Positions 8,833-18,390 are shown, numbered from the stretch's first letter. The stretch is DNA of 64,000 nucleotides from Chloroflexota bacterium (GCA_013203045.1 JABMQN010000014.1:28373-92372); one strand, 5' to 3'. Notes: generated by a model not told the origin, from the letters alone. Numbers and translations: made by a program.

Positions 8833-10062
8833 CTATTGTTCGATCCTGCTTTCACCAGGATCGTTGAACATAACTCCGTCTTGAATTGAAGCATATATTT
8901 GCTTGAGATTAACCCCAATGGCATGGAAGAACCTGAGTGTCTCCGGGGCGACTATGCCCCCTGCCGCGTAAGCAACTTTCGTTCTGTCCAATCCATGTTT
9001 ATCTCTCAACGGCCTAAATACCATATGTTCCCAAAACAAACTGGCTGACTTAACAAAAGGGCTTACGCTGTTCCCTTTGAGTAAGGCGTCTGTCTCTCGG
9101 AATCCATTTGACACCCCTCGATTGAAAACCATTCGTTTTAGTCCGGTTCCACCCGCCATGTTTGATTGAATGGCTATCGATAGCTGGTCCCACATTTGCG
9201 ATGGATATGCCAGGGTGTGTGGCGATATCTCCCTCAAGTCCTCTTCAGCTGTCTCACCACTCTCAGCAAAATTGAGCCTTCTTCCCGTTAAAAGCGAGAC
9301 TGTAAATCCCAGCACTTGTTCAAAGAACCACCCCGGATTCATAACACAGACGTACTCGTGCTTATCCTCAATCGGATTTGCAGCCAAGACAGTCTCCCCA
9401 GACGAAATCAGGATCCCATGAGTTAGAGGCAACAGTTCAACGGAGTCAGAGCTTTTCCACACGCATAGAAACATCGCAATATCATTGCCGCTTCCCTGAG
9501 ATAACGCTCTCTCAAAATTATCTGCGGAGTTTTGCGAATATCCATTGCCTTTGTTGGCTAGGGTACTCATATTTATCAGGCCAGCATCATCGTAATGCTT
9601 GAGTCCTTTATCGTTCCAGTAGATGATCTTTTCAAGTGAAGGAAGAGAATCTCTAATTCCCAGAAGCTTATCTACCTGCTCCTGATCTTGCGCAAATGCA
9701 AATTTCGGCTGCGCATGTTCAAATATAAGACTGGTTTGCTCAGCCGTACGAACGGGATTCACTCCAACTACTATCCCACCATAAGTTTGAATTGCCAATT
9801 GACAGCAGAACCAATCCGGATCATTGTCTCCGAGAATGGCTACCTTGTCCCCATTTTTAAGTCCTAAATCCGCCAAACCGGCAAAAATGTCTTTTATTCT
9901 ATCACAGCATTCCTGCCAACTGCGTTCCTTCCAGACACCTTGTTCCTTTTTACGCAGGGCAACTTGGGTATCGCCCCAATGATTACAGTTACGAACCAGG
10001 AGTTTAGGGAGTGTATCCTTGTTATCCCTAGAAAGTCGTGCAGTAGTCTTGCTTTTGCTCAT
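8833..10062 (-). CDS. Truncated/degenerate long-chain acyl-CoA synthetase-like (AMP-binding) protein
   Basis: FadD15-like N-terminus (TLPKLL, ALR.K..G.W, GDKVAILGDN, AQDQEQVDK). The adenylation P-loop and YGxTE motifs are lost and the C-terminal domain is absent. Confidence 0.7.
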   Translation of the reverse strand: MSKSKTTARLSRDNKDTLPKLLVRNCNHWGDTQVALRKKEQGVWKERSWQECCDRIKDIFAGLADLGLKNGDKVAILGDNDPDWFCCQLAIQTYGGIVVGVNPVRTAEQTSLIFEHAQPKFAFAQDQEQVDKLLGIRDSLPSLEKIIYWNDKGLKHYDDAGLINMSTLANKGNGYSQNSADNFERALSQGSGNDIAMFLCVWKSSDSVELLPLTHGILISSGETVLAANPIEDKHEYVCVMNPGWFFEQVLGFTVSLLTGRRLNFAESGETAEEDLREISPHTLAYPSQMWDQLSIAIQSNMAGGTGLKRMVFNRGVSNGFRETDALLKGNSVSPFVKSASLFWEHMVFRPLRDKHGLDRTKVAYAAGGIVAPETLRFFHAIGVNLKQIYASIQDGVMFNDPGESRIEQ

Positions 10063-10497
10063 TATTTTTGCCGGCTCTGCCCCATTTGAGGCGATGTAAT
10101 TCTTTCAGTTTTGCACACGATATCTGCGGTTTTTCTTGACAAATGGGGATACTCAACTGTTTGGGTCTGTGTCCCTTATCTGAAGTCTTCTGCTTGTCAA
10201 ATTCCGGTGGCAAGCTAAGAGGCCGAGTACGAAGTGCAACTCTGAGGTCTTCATATTTTTGGCGATTCTAACATTCTGCCAGAGTAAATGTCAAGTCAAT
10301 CATTGCATAATTCACATAATGATCAATCAGTAATTTCATTACACACAACAAGGCAAATCCATTCTTGAAATATGAATTTTAGAAGTGCGGCTAATTGTAT
10401 ATCGACATTTGGAATACTTCTGTAAGTGTTCAACTGTATTCTGCCGTATTCTTTAGCTTTAACCATCATTGTCAAACATCATCAACACTGTGCTTAC

Positions 10498-10526
10498 TTG
10501 ACTGAGATATGTACAAGACGTAGTAT
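10498..10526 (+). promoter_or_regulatory. Sigma70-type promoter for the SDR-RACo operon
   Basis: TTGACT-N17-TAGTAT, about 50 nt upstream of ATG 10578. Confidence 0.5.
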
Positions 10527-10577
10527 ATAGTGAAAAAGCCCCACAAAGGCTTATAGTTCGAAAGGGAGACATGATAA

Positions 10578-11336
10578 ATGAGTAAATTAAATGGTAAAGT
10601 AGCTTTAGTAACAGGCGGATCTGCAGGGATTGGCAGGAGTACAGCTTTGGCATTTGCTCGAGAGGGTGCCAGAGTGGTGGTGGCTGATTATGCCGTTGAT
10701 GGTGGTGAGGAAACAGTCCGGCTGATCAAGGAGGGTGGTGGTGAAGCTGTGTTCATAAAGGTTGATGTATCCATAGCTTCCGACGTGGAATCAATGGTAA
10801 ACAAAGCAATTGAGACATATGGCCGCCTTGATTGTGCTGCCAATAATGCCGGGATAAGTGGACCAATTGTTGCCAGTATTGATCTGGAGGAAAAGGATTG
10901 GGATCAAGTTGTAAATATTGATCTTAAAGGCGTTTGGCTTTGTATGAAATACGAGATACCCCACATGCTTAACCAGGGTGGTGGTTCTATCGTCAATACC
11001 GCATCAATGGCAGGTATTGTCGGGTTTCCGGCTCAAGCTCCCTATGTAGCCAGTAAACATGGTGTTATCGGGCTTACCAAGTCAGCCGCACTTGAATATG
11101 GCACCCAGGGTATTCGGGTAAATGCCGTCTGCCCGGGGGTGATTCACACTTCGATGGTTGATTCGGTAATTGAGGTTATCCCCGATATTATTGAGACTTT
11201 GAATAAACAGGCACCGGTTGGCCGTATTGGTCAGCCACAAGAGGTGGCCGAGTGTATTTTATGGCTTTGTTCCGATGATGCATCTTTTGTCACTGGTCAT
11301 GCTCTGGTTGTCGACGGTGGCTATGTAGCCCAATAG
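10578..11336 (+). CDS. Classical short-chain dehydrogenase/reductase, NAD-type (possible hydroxysteroid or cyclic alcohol dehydrogenase)
   Basis: TGGSAGIG, NNAG, S..., YVASK catalytic motif, VCPG, VDGG. Confidence 0.9.
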   Translation: MSKLNGKVALVTGGSAGIGRSTALAFAREGARVVVADYAVDGGEETVRLIKEGGGEAVFIKVDVSIASDVESMVNKAIETYGRLDCAANNAGISGPIVASIDLEEKDWDQVVNIDLKGVWLCMKYEIPHMLNQGGGSIVNTASMAGIVGFPAQAPYVASKHGVIGLTKSAALEYGTQGIRVNAVCPGVIHTSMVDSVIEVIPDIIETLNKQAPVGRIGQPQEVAECILWLCSDDASFVTGHALVVDGGYVAQ

Positions 11337-11377
11337 AAAACTTGTCACAAAAAGATCACAGTTTTTGAGAACCGGGA

Positions 11378-13276
11378 ATGAAGCGATATGATATCCTATT
11401 CCTGCCATCCGGACGGAGAGGGCCGATCAACGAAGGGGCAACTCTTCGAGACGCAGCTCACTCCCTTGGTGAAGGAATAGAAAGTATCTGTGGCGGGGAA
11501 GGTTCTTGTGGGAAATGCAGAGTTCGCGTTCTTGAAGGTAATGAACATGGCATCGTTTCTACAATCAGCCACCTATCTGGATTGACCGATATCGAGAAAC
11601 GATACGCTCAAGATTTTGACCTGCGACCAAATGAACGGCTCGCGTGCCAGGCTCGGATACATGGTAACCTGGCCATTTTTGTGCCAGAGGAAAGCCGTAC
11701 CGGTCGGCAGATCATCCTCAAATCTGCAGGGAAACAGACAATTGATATTGCACCGACTATCCGTAAGTACTTCCTTGATATTGCTCACACTGAGATCAAC
11801 AGTGCATCAAACCAAAAAGGCTGGCTATCGGCTGAATTAGCGGATCGCTTTAATCTACACGATGTAATTGTTGATAACTCTGTTTTAGAGACTTTCTCAA
11901 ATCTATCTCAGAACAAGGATCGAGGAATAACAATCACGGTCTGGGACAACAAAGAAGTAATCCGCGTTGAGTCGGGATACCATGAGAACGCATACGGCCT
12001 GGCGATAGACATTGGGACCACAACTATCGGAGGGTATCTATGTGATTTAGTCACTGGCGAGAACCTGGCCACTGAATCGATGATGAATCCTCAAATCCAG
12101 TTCGGAGAGGACATCATGACACGCATCAGTTACGCCAAATCCCACACTAATGGCCTCGCTGAACTCAACGACTGCATAATCGGTGCACTGAACCAAATGA
12201 TTGGCAACATTACTTCTCAAGTAGGATTGACTCCTGATGATATTGCAGAAACAGTAGTTGTGGGCAACACCGTGATGCATCATATCTTTCTGGGGCTCGA
12301 TATCTCTGGGTTGGCCTTTTGGCCATTCAAACCAGAGATAACACGATCAGTGAACAGGAAGGCGCGTGACCTCGGGCTTGGAGTCTTACCTTCTGCTAAT
12401 GTTCATGTCTTGCCAATTGAGGCAGGTTTTGTCGGAGCTGACAACGTAGGTGTACTAATCGCTGAGGAACCTTACAACCAAGACGAAATCCTGCTGATAA
12501 TTGATATAGGTACCAATGGTGAGCTGGTTATGGGGAATCAGCAACGGTTGCTTTCTGCTTCATGTGCTACAGGGCCAGCATTTGAGGGTGCGAACATCAA
12601 ATTTGGAATGCGCGCTGCACCCGGCGCTATCGATAGAGTTCGAGTTATCCCACAGACATTCGATTTGCGATTCACTGTTATCGGGAATGAAAAGTGGAAT
12701 ACAGAAATACCCTCGGCGGAAATCAAAGCATGCGGAATTTGCGGTTCGGGCATCATAGATGCCGTGGCTGAATTGTTCGTGGCGGGGCTTATCAAGAAAG
12801 ATGGCAGCTTTAACAAGACATTAAATTCGCCACGGTTACGACTCGATAAAGACGAGAAACCAGAGTTCGTCATTGCCTGGGCTTATGAAACTGCAATTAA
12901 TCAAGATATCACAGTAACCCAAAAAGATGTGCGTGCTATTCAACTTGCCAAAGCTGCGATCAATTCCGGAGCACAACTGATGCTGCGTCGACTGGGTATC
13001 GAACGACCGGATAAGGTTATTCTTGCCGGGGCTTTCGGCACGGTAATCGACCGCGAAAGGGCATTGGCAATCGGTATGTTCCCGGAATGTGATATTGAGG
13101 ATATCTATTCAATCGGTAATGCTGCCGGTGATGGTGCTCGCATAGCCTTGCTCAACAAAAACAAACGTCAAGAGGCCGATAAAATAGCTCGCGAGGTTGA
13201 GTATATTGAACTTACTGAAGACCCCGGTTTTCATGAAGTATTTATAGGGGCAACTCACTTTCCATCGAGGCAATAG
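11378..13276 (+). CDS. RACo/ASKHA-type ATP-dependent reductive activator of corrinoid proteins (2Fe-2S + DUF4445)
   Basis: CGGEGSCGKC...RLACQ, AIDIGTTT, NPQ..FGED, GFVGAD, DIGTNGE, SCATGPAFEG, GICGSG, QLAKAA, AGAFG, GNAA. Confidence 0.92.
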   Translation: MKRYDILFLPSGRRGPINEGATLRDAAHSLGEGIESICGGEGSCGKCRVRVLEGNEHGIVSTISHLSGLTDIEKRYAQDFDLRPNERLACQARIHGNLAIFVPEESRTGRQIILKSAGKQTIDIAPTIRKYFLDIAHTEINSASNQKGWLSAELADRFNLHDVIVDNSVLETFSNLSQNKDRGITITVWDNKEVIRVESGYHENAYGLAIDIGTTTIGGYLCDLVTGENLATESMMNPQIQFGEDIMTRISYAKSHTNGLAELNDCIIGALNQMIGNITSQVGLTPDDIAETVVVGNTVMHHIFLGLDISGLAFWPFKPEITRSVNRKARDLGLGVLPSANVHVLPIEAGFVGADNVGVLIAEEPYNQDEILLIIDIGTNGELVMGNQQRLLSASCATGPAFEGANIKFGMRAAPGAIDRVRVIPQTFDLRFTVIGNEKWNTEIPSAEIKACGICGSGIIDAVAELFVAGLIKKDGSFNKTLNSPRLRLDKDEKPEFVIAWAYETAINQDITVTQKDVRAIQLAKAAINSGAQLMLRRLGIERPDKVILAGAFGTVIDRERALAIGMFPECDIEDIYSIGNAAGDGARIALLNKNKRQEADKIAREVEYIELTEDPGFHEVFIGATHFPSRQ

Positions 13277-13330
13277 CGTGCTGGTAAATTAGGAGTTAGC
13301 ACTTGCTCGTTTTGTTAAGCGCTATGACGC

Positions 13331-13412
13331 TCGTTCATACTTCGAGAGCCTCAGCACGAACGGGCTAGCAATCTGGGCATACTGCTTCCGCTCGCCCTGA
13401 GCGTGCCGTCGC
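13331..13412. repeat. Degenerate REP-like inverted pair (CTTCGAGAGCCTCAGCACGAACGG / CCGCTCGCCCTGAGC)
   Basis: Imperfect inverted repeat between convergent genes. Confidence 0.5.
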
Positions 13413-13454
13413 TGAAGCACTTGGACATGTTACGGTCAATTAGAAAACTTAGTA

Positions 13455-14273
13455 CTAGTCGCAAAGTGGTCGAAGTCTGATAACTATTGGAGCTTCGTGT
13501 TTGTGTTTATGAGCCTTATGTCGTTCCCAGACAAAGGCAGCTATCTCATCGAGGTCCTGGATCGGCATATCGTCATAACAATCAAGGCAAAATCTGACAC
13601 TCTGTTCCATCTCGTCATATGTTCTGCCTAAATCGGCTTCATCCGTTTGGTTCTCTTCCAGACCTGCTGAAGGGATACGGTCAATATTCTCTTCATCTAT
13701 CGTGCCCTCATCCCTGAAATACTCGAGGAGCTGATAGACTTCAGATTTGAAAAGTTCACCGATAGGAAAAATATCGGCCAGGGCATCGCCCCCTTTAGTA
13801 TCGTATCCTATGAAGTCCTCCGAAAGATTACCGGTGCCCATAACTCGAACTCGTTTTCCTTCGAATTGCGTCGAAAGGTTGTGAGCAATACCGTAAAGAA
13901 TACACATTCTTGCCCGGCTACGTGCATTGCCTTTGTTCGTTAGTGTAAGTTCAGACTCGGATTCGATAAAAACCTGCTCATTAATTGCGTCGGATATTTT
14001 AGCTACCGGACGTACAAGATGGCTAATACCTATTCTTTCAGCCAGACTGGCTGATTGTGCATTGAATGTTTTTATATCCACTTCATCGTAAGGCATACTA
14101 ATTCCGTAGACAACCTCTTTACCGAGCGCCTTCATGCACAGGATAGCAGTTAATGACGAATCAGCTCCTCCGCTCAAACCAACCACAGCTATGTCAACTC
14201 TGGATTTTATCTCTGAATACATGTGGTCAAGCAGCTTTTCGAAATCGCAAATCACGGATAAAACCTCTACCAA
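13455..14273 (-). CDS. nadE: NH3-dependent NAD+ synthetase
   Basis: GLSGGADSS, GN.RSR.RM, GTGNLSE...GYDTKGGD, PSAGL...QTDE. Confidence 0.92.
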   Translation of the reverse strand: MVEVLSVICDFEKLLDHMYSEIKSRVDIAVVGLSGGADSSLTAILCMKALGKEVVYGISMPYDEVDIKTFNAQSASLAERIGISHLVRPVAKISDAINEQVFIESESELTLTNKGNARSRARMCILYGIAHNLSTQFEGKRVRVMGTGNLSEDFIGYDTKGGDALADIFPIGELFKSEVYQLLEYFRDEGTIDEENIDRIPSAGLEENQTDEADLGRTYDEMEQSVRFCLDCYDDMPIQDLDEIAAFVWERHKAHKHKHEAPIVIRLRPLCD

Positions 14274-14345
14274 ACCTCTTTACTAAAGAATCATATCAAA
14301 TTGGGAGCAGATGTAAATGGGGAATGTAGCGTAGCGAAGACTAAT

Positions 14346-15749
14346 TCAGGCTGCAACTTTACTACTGGATCGGCTTATGATTTCTCGCGCAGCCACTATG
14401 CCGGAAGCTGAAGCCTGTACCAAACCACGAGTAACTCCCGCACCATCTCCGATGGCAAAGAAGTTCGCTATCTCTGTCTCGAGTTTCTCTGTGAGATACA
14501 ATCTAGATGAATAAAACTTAACCTCTACACCATAAAGCAAGGTATGAGGCGAGGCTACACCAGGAGCCAGTGCATCCAGAGAAATCAACATTTCTTTAAT
14601 CCCTTTAAGGAAACGATAGGGTAATACTGCGTTAATATCACCAGGTGTAGCACTTTTAAGTGTGGGTTGCACTTGCCACTCATCCATCTGTGCCGCCATC
14701 GAACAACGACCATCTAACAAATCACTGTATCGCTGGACGATAACGCCATCAGCAAGCAGGTTTGCCAACCGAGCTACTGATTTTCCATAAGTTATCGGAT
14801 CATTGAACGGCTCCCTGAACTTGGCGCTACAGAGAAGGGCAAAGTTTGTATTTGGACTTTTTCTGTCGGCATAGCTGTGACCGTTGACCGTTACTACGGG
14901 TTCAGTACCCCCGGTTGACTCCAATGTCACTTCTCCTGCTGGACAGACACAGAAAGTTCTTATGCGATCATTAAATGGCATTGCACGGTATTCCAGTTTT
15001 GGTTCGTAGAGAATATTTGTTAAGTCCGCAAGTACCTCATTCGGAACCTCTATCCGAAGACCGAGATCAACTGGGTTGTTGTCTTTGGTAAGCCCAAGCC
15101 AGGCAGCCTGTTTTACCAGCCAATCGGACCCTTCCCTGCCCGGGGCTGCAACTAAGTATTTTGTTTCTATGAACTGCCCATCTTCAGTTTCGATCCCTTT
15201 GATTTTCCCATCCTCACTGATGATCGACTCTACGGTAACTGATGTCTGAATATCGACTTTTTCAATGAGGAAATCATACATGTTACGCAATACCTGGTAA
15301 CAATGCTCGGTACCTAAATGCCTGACTGGAACAGGAATAAATCGAAGCCCAACCTGCTCTGCTCTTCTAGCAATTCCATCAACTTCAGGACCTACGCCAA
15401 ACAGGTTGGCAGACGCTCCAAATTCACTATAAGTATCATCGACATAGGTGATTAACTTAGTGAGTCCGTCCACACCCTCGTATTTGTGCAAATACCCCCC
15501 GACATCCGGCGATAGAGTAAGTTTTCCGTCACTGAAGGCTCCAGCACCACCCCAACCGCTGACCATTGCGCATGGAAAACATGAAAGGCAGCCACTGTAA
15601 TTATGAGCACCAGGGCAATATCTTTTATTGAGGTCCTTGCCCTTTTCCAATATGAGGATTTTCAGGCTTGAGGAACGGACTAATTCAAGAGCAGTGAAGA
15701 TTCCCGCAGGCCCACCACCAACGATTACAACATCATAGCTATTGGCCAT
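14346..15749 (-). CDS. Uncharacterised FAD-dependent oxidoreductase (COG2509-like)
   Basis: GGGPAG, GWGGAGAFSDGK, RTFCVCPAGEV, VNGHS, YGVEVKFYS, GDGAGVTRGL. Confidence 0.85.
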   Translation of the reverse strand: MANSYDVVIVGGGPAGIFTALELVRSSSLKILILEKGKDLNKRYCPGAHNYSGCLSCFPCAMVSGWGGAGAFSDGKLTLSPDVGGYLHKYEGVDGLTKLITYVDDTYSEFGASANLFGVGPEVDGIARRAEQVGLRFIPVPVRHLGTEHCYQVLRNMYDFLIEKVDIQTSVTVESIISEDGKIKGIETEDGQFIETKYLVAAPGREGSDWLVKQAAWLGLTKDNNPVDLGLRIEVPNEVLADLTNILYEPKLEYRAMPFNDRIRTFCVCPAGEVTLESTGGTEPVVTVNGHSYADRKSPNTNFALLCSAKFREPFNDPITYGKSVARLANLLADGVIVQRYSDLLDGRCSMAAQMDEWQVQPTLKSATPGDINAVLPYRFLKGIKEMLISLDALAPGVASPHTLLYGVEVKFYSSRLYLTEKLETEIANFFAIGDGAGVTRGLVQASASGIVAAREIISRSSSKVAA

Positions 15750-15813
15750 AATTCATTCCATAACAATTCGCGGTAGTTACAGCGGAGCAGATTAAGAGGG
15801 AAACGAGAAGATA

Positions 15814-16020
15814 TCAGTCCTTGATTTTGAACCGCTTCTTGAACCGTTCTACTTGCCCTGCTGTGTCAACTATTCGCTGTTCACCGGAATAGTAGGGATG
15901 ACACTTGCTGCAGAGCTCCACCTTCAACGTCGGTTGAGTTGCGCCAACGGTGAAGGTATTGCCACATGAACAAATAACCTGGGCATCATCATAGTACTTA
16001 GGATGTATTTTTTCTTTCAT
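15814..16020 (-). CDS. rpmE: 50S ribosomal protein L31 (Zn-binding type)
   Basis: MKEKIHPKY, CSCGN, CSKCHPYYSG, GQVERF; start taken at ATG 16020. Confidence 0.96.
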   Translation of the reverse strand: MKEKIHPKYYDDAQVICSCGNTFTVGATQPTLKVELCSKCHPYYSGEQRIVDTAGQVERFKKRFKIKD

Positions 16021-16027
16021 TTGATTC

Positions 16028-16294
16028 TTAACTATCACCAGCGATGGGGTACACGCTGACTTTCCTCTGGTATTTGTTGGCTCGGCCGAATTTCACCGTG
16101 CCATCGATGAGGGCGAAAATTGTATGGTCCTTTCCTAAGCCAACATTCTCTCCCAGATGTACTTTGGTGCCTCGCTGCCTTATAAGAATGTTACCGGCCC
16201 GCACCACCTGCCCATCATACTTCTTAACACCGAGCCTTTTTGACTGGCTATCGCGACCTAGTTTACTGCTGCCACCTGATTTTTTATGTGCCAT
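16028..16294 (-). CDS. rpmA: 50S ribosomal protein L27
   Basis: [25 protein letters not shown]. Confidence 0.97.
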   Translation of the reverse strand: MAHKKSGGSSKLGRDSQSKRLGVKKYDGQVVRAGNILIRQRGTKVHLGENVGLGKDHTIFALIDGTVKFGRANKYQRKVSVYPIAGDS

Positions 16295-16325
16295 TTGGAC
16301 TTTACCTCGTTATGCTCGATTTGGG

Positions 16326-16640
16326 CTAGTTCAACTCAATCTGATCAATTGACAATCGGGTATAGTGTTGACGATGCCCTCTCTTGCGACGATATCGTAT
16401 TTTATTCTTGTATTTGAATACAATAATCTTGCGCTTTCTATCCTGACGAACAATTGTGGCCTTAATCTTGGCTCCGTCAACAGCAGGTTGACCCACTGTG
16501 ATATTGTCCCCATCAGAAACAAACAAAACATTATCAAGTTCGACCGAGGAACCTTCGTCCCCGGGGATTTGTTCCACATCTATCACTTGGCCTGGTGAGA
16601 CCTTATGTTGTTTTCCTCCGGTAGCTACGATTGCGTAAAT
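16326..16640 (-). CDS. rplU: 50S ribosomal protein L21 (probable ATT start)
   Basis: (M)YAIVATGGKQHKV...GHRQHYT. GGAGG lies 6 nt upstream of an ATT at the position of the usual Met1. Confidence 0.93.
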   Translation of the reverse strand: MYAIVATGGKQHKVSPGQVIDVEQIPGDEGSSVELDNVLFVSDGDNITVGQPAVDGAKIKATIVRQDRKRKIIVFKYKNKIRYRRKRGHRQHYTRLSIDQIELN

Positions 16641-16675
16641 TGTTCTCCTCCCCCGAAAATTTCCCAGCATTTTGA

Positions 16676-16703
16676 ATTCTACCAGTTGTAGCGAATTTGT
16701 CAA
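16676..16703 (-). promoter_or_regulatory. Sigma70-type promoter for rplU-rpmA-rpmE
   Basis: TTGACA-N16-TAGAAT with a TG extended -10 on the minus strand. Confidence 0.6.
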
Positions 16704-16800
16704 GTTTGAAAGGCGAGTATACAGTCGCAGCGCACTCTCGATTGCCAATTGGGGCTCATGTTTCCTGCAAATACTCAATTGAATTTGAGTGCATACAGGG

Positions 16801-16829
16801 TTGACATACAGCATAGCTTCATATATTGT
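16801..16829 (+). promoter_or_regulatory. Sigma70-type promoter for the second methyltransferase operon
   Basis: TTGACA-N17-TATTGT. Confidence 0.55.
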
Positions 16830-16905
16830 ACTCGTTAAAGAGTCCCCTACGAGTCATTATGGAAGCGTTTCATCGAAGGTAAATTTGAATCTGTGAGGAA
16901 CGACG

Positions 16906-17703
16906 ATGATCATAGTGGGTGAAAAGATTAACACAAGCCGTAGAATCATAAGAGAAGCGGTTGAAAATCGAGATGCTAACTTCATCATCAAAGTTGCACA
17001 GGATCAGGCGCAAGCCGGCGCAAACTATATTGATGTCAATGCCGGTACCTTTGTGGACAAAGAGATAGAAAATCTCTGCTGGTTAGTCGAAACCGTTCAA
17101 AGTTCACTCGATTATCCACTCTGCCTTGACAGTCCTAATCCAACAGCCTTAGCTGAAGCGATGAAGCTCCACAAAGGCGAACCGATGATAAACTCGATTT
17201 CTATGGAGGAAGACCGGCTTGGTCCCCTTCTGCCCGTGGTTACGTCTGGCCCATGTCAAATAATTGCTTTGTGTATGGGACAAGCCTCGATGCCAATAAC
17301 AGTTGAGGAAAGAGTAGACGTTGGTGCTCAACTCATTCAAAAGCTTACAGGTGAAGGCGTTCCAATTGAAAAAATATTCGTTGATCCGCTAATCCAACCG
17401 ATTTCAGTGGATACCAACATGGGTATTGCCGCACTTGGAGCCATTCGCAAGATAATAGACGATTTCCCCGGAGTAAATACGATCTGCGGCCTATCAAACA
17501 TTTCATTTGGTCTTCCGGAACGCCACATTATCAATCGCAATTTTCTGGCTTTGGCCATGTCGTACGGTTTGTCCGGTGCAATCATGGATCCAACCGATAT
17601 AAAGCTCACGTCTACACTTCTTTCGATTGAAATGCTACTAGGTAGAGATGAATACTGTGAAAAATTCATTGATGCCTATCAGGAAAAGCGAATTTCTGGA
17701 TAA
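16906..17703 (+). CDS. Methyltetrahydrofolate:corrinoid methyltransferase (AcsE-like)
   Basis: MIIVGEKINTSR, YIDVNAG, LCLDSP, INSIS, FVDPL, GLSNISFGLPER..INR. Confidence 0.92.
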   Translation: MIIVGEKINTSRRIIREAVENRDANFIIKVAQDQAQAGANYIDVNAGTFVDKEIENLCWLVETVQSSLDYPLCLDSPNPTALAEAMKLHKGEPMINSISMEEDRLGPLLPVVTSGPCQIIALCMGQASMPITVEERVDVGAQLIQKLTGEGVPIEKIFVDPLIQPISVDTNMGIAALGAIRKIIDDFPGVNTICGLSNISFGLPERHIINRNFLALAMSYGLSGAIMDPTDIKLTSTLLSIEMLLGRDEYCEKFIDAYQEKRISG

Positions 17704-17751
17704 AAGAAGTCTCGCCGGAGTGAAAAGAAATAAGCATAATGGAGGTCGAAA

Positions 17752-18390
17752 ATGAGTGAATTTCAGGCATTATCTGAAGCTGTACTCAAGGGAGACATCA
17801 AGACAGCGGTAGCGGAGACTCAGGCGGCCATGGATGCCGGGGCAAATATCCAGGACATCCTTGACACCGGTCTAATTGCTACCATGGACGAAGTGGGGGA
17901 TAGATTCTCAAAGGGGATTATCTTTGTCCCGCAGATGCTGCGATCGGCTAAAACCATGCAGGAATGCATGAAACTTATCACCCCATTATTCCAAAAGGGT
18001 GGCGTGACCTCCAAAGGGAAAGTGCTTATCGGAACCGTCAAGGGGGACTTGCATGATATTGGCAAGAACCTTGTTTTAATGATGATGGAAGGCGCCGGCT
18101 TTACTATCACAGACCTCGGAGTAGATGTCACTCCTGAAAAATTCGCCCAGAAAACTCAAGAAATCGAGCCTGATATCGTGGCGATGTCCGCACTTCTTTC
18201 AACGACAATGCCATCGATGCCCCTTACTATCGAAGCGCTTCAAAACGCTGGAGTGAGAGACAAAGTGAAAATTATGATCGGTGGAGCTCCTGTTACAGAT
18301 AAATATGCTCAAGAAATCAAAGCAGATGCCTATGCCTCAGATGCCGGTTCAGCAGTAACAAAAGCAAAAAGCTTGATGGGGATTTCCTAA
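17752..18390 (+). CDS. Cobalamin-binding corrinoid protein (MttC-like)
   Basis: GTVKGDLHDIGKNLV, DLGVDV, SALLSTTM, IGGAPV. Confidence 0.93.
   Translation: MSEFQALSEAVLKGDIKTAVAETQAAMDAGANIQDILDTGLIATMDEVGDRFSKGIIFVPQMLRSAKTMQECMKLITPLFQKGGVTSKGKVLIGTVKGDLHDIGKNLVLMMMEGAGFTITDLGVDVTPEKFAQKTQEIEPDIVAMSALLSTTMPSMPLTIEALQNAGVRDKVKIMIGGAPVTDKYAQEIKADAYASDAGSAVTKAKSLMGIS

Noticed and set aside
10028-10213. 61-aa ORF upstream of the acyl-CoA synthetase-like gene
   Set aside because: No convincing SD or motif, and it lies in a probable promoter region.
16641-16814. 58-aa N-terminal extension of L21 in the ORF track
   Set aside because: It overlaps both divergent promoters and has no L21 similarity. 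The SD points to ATT at 16640.
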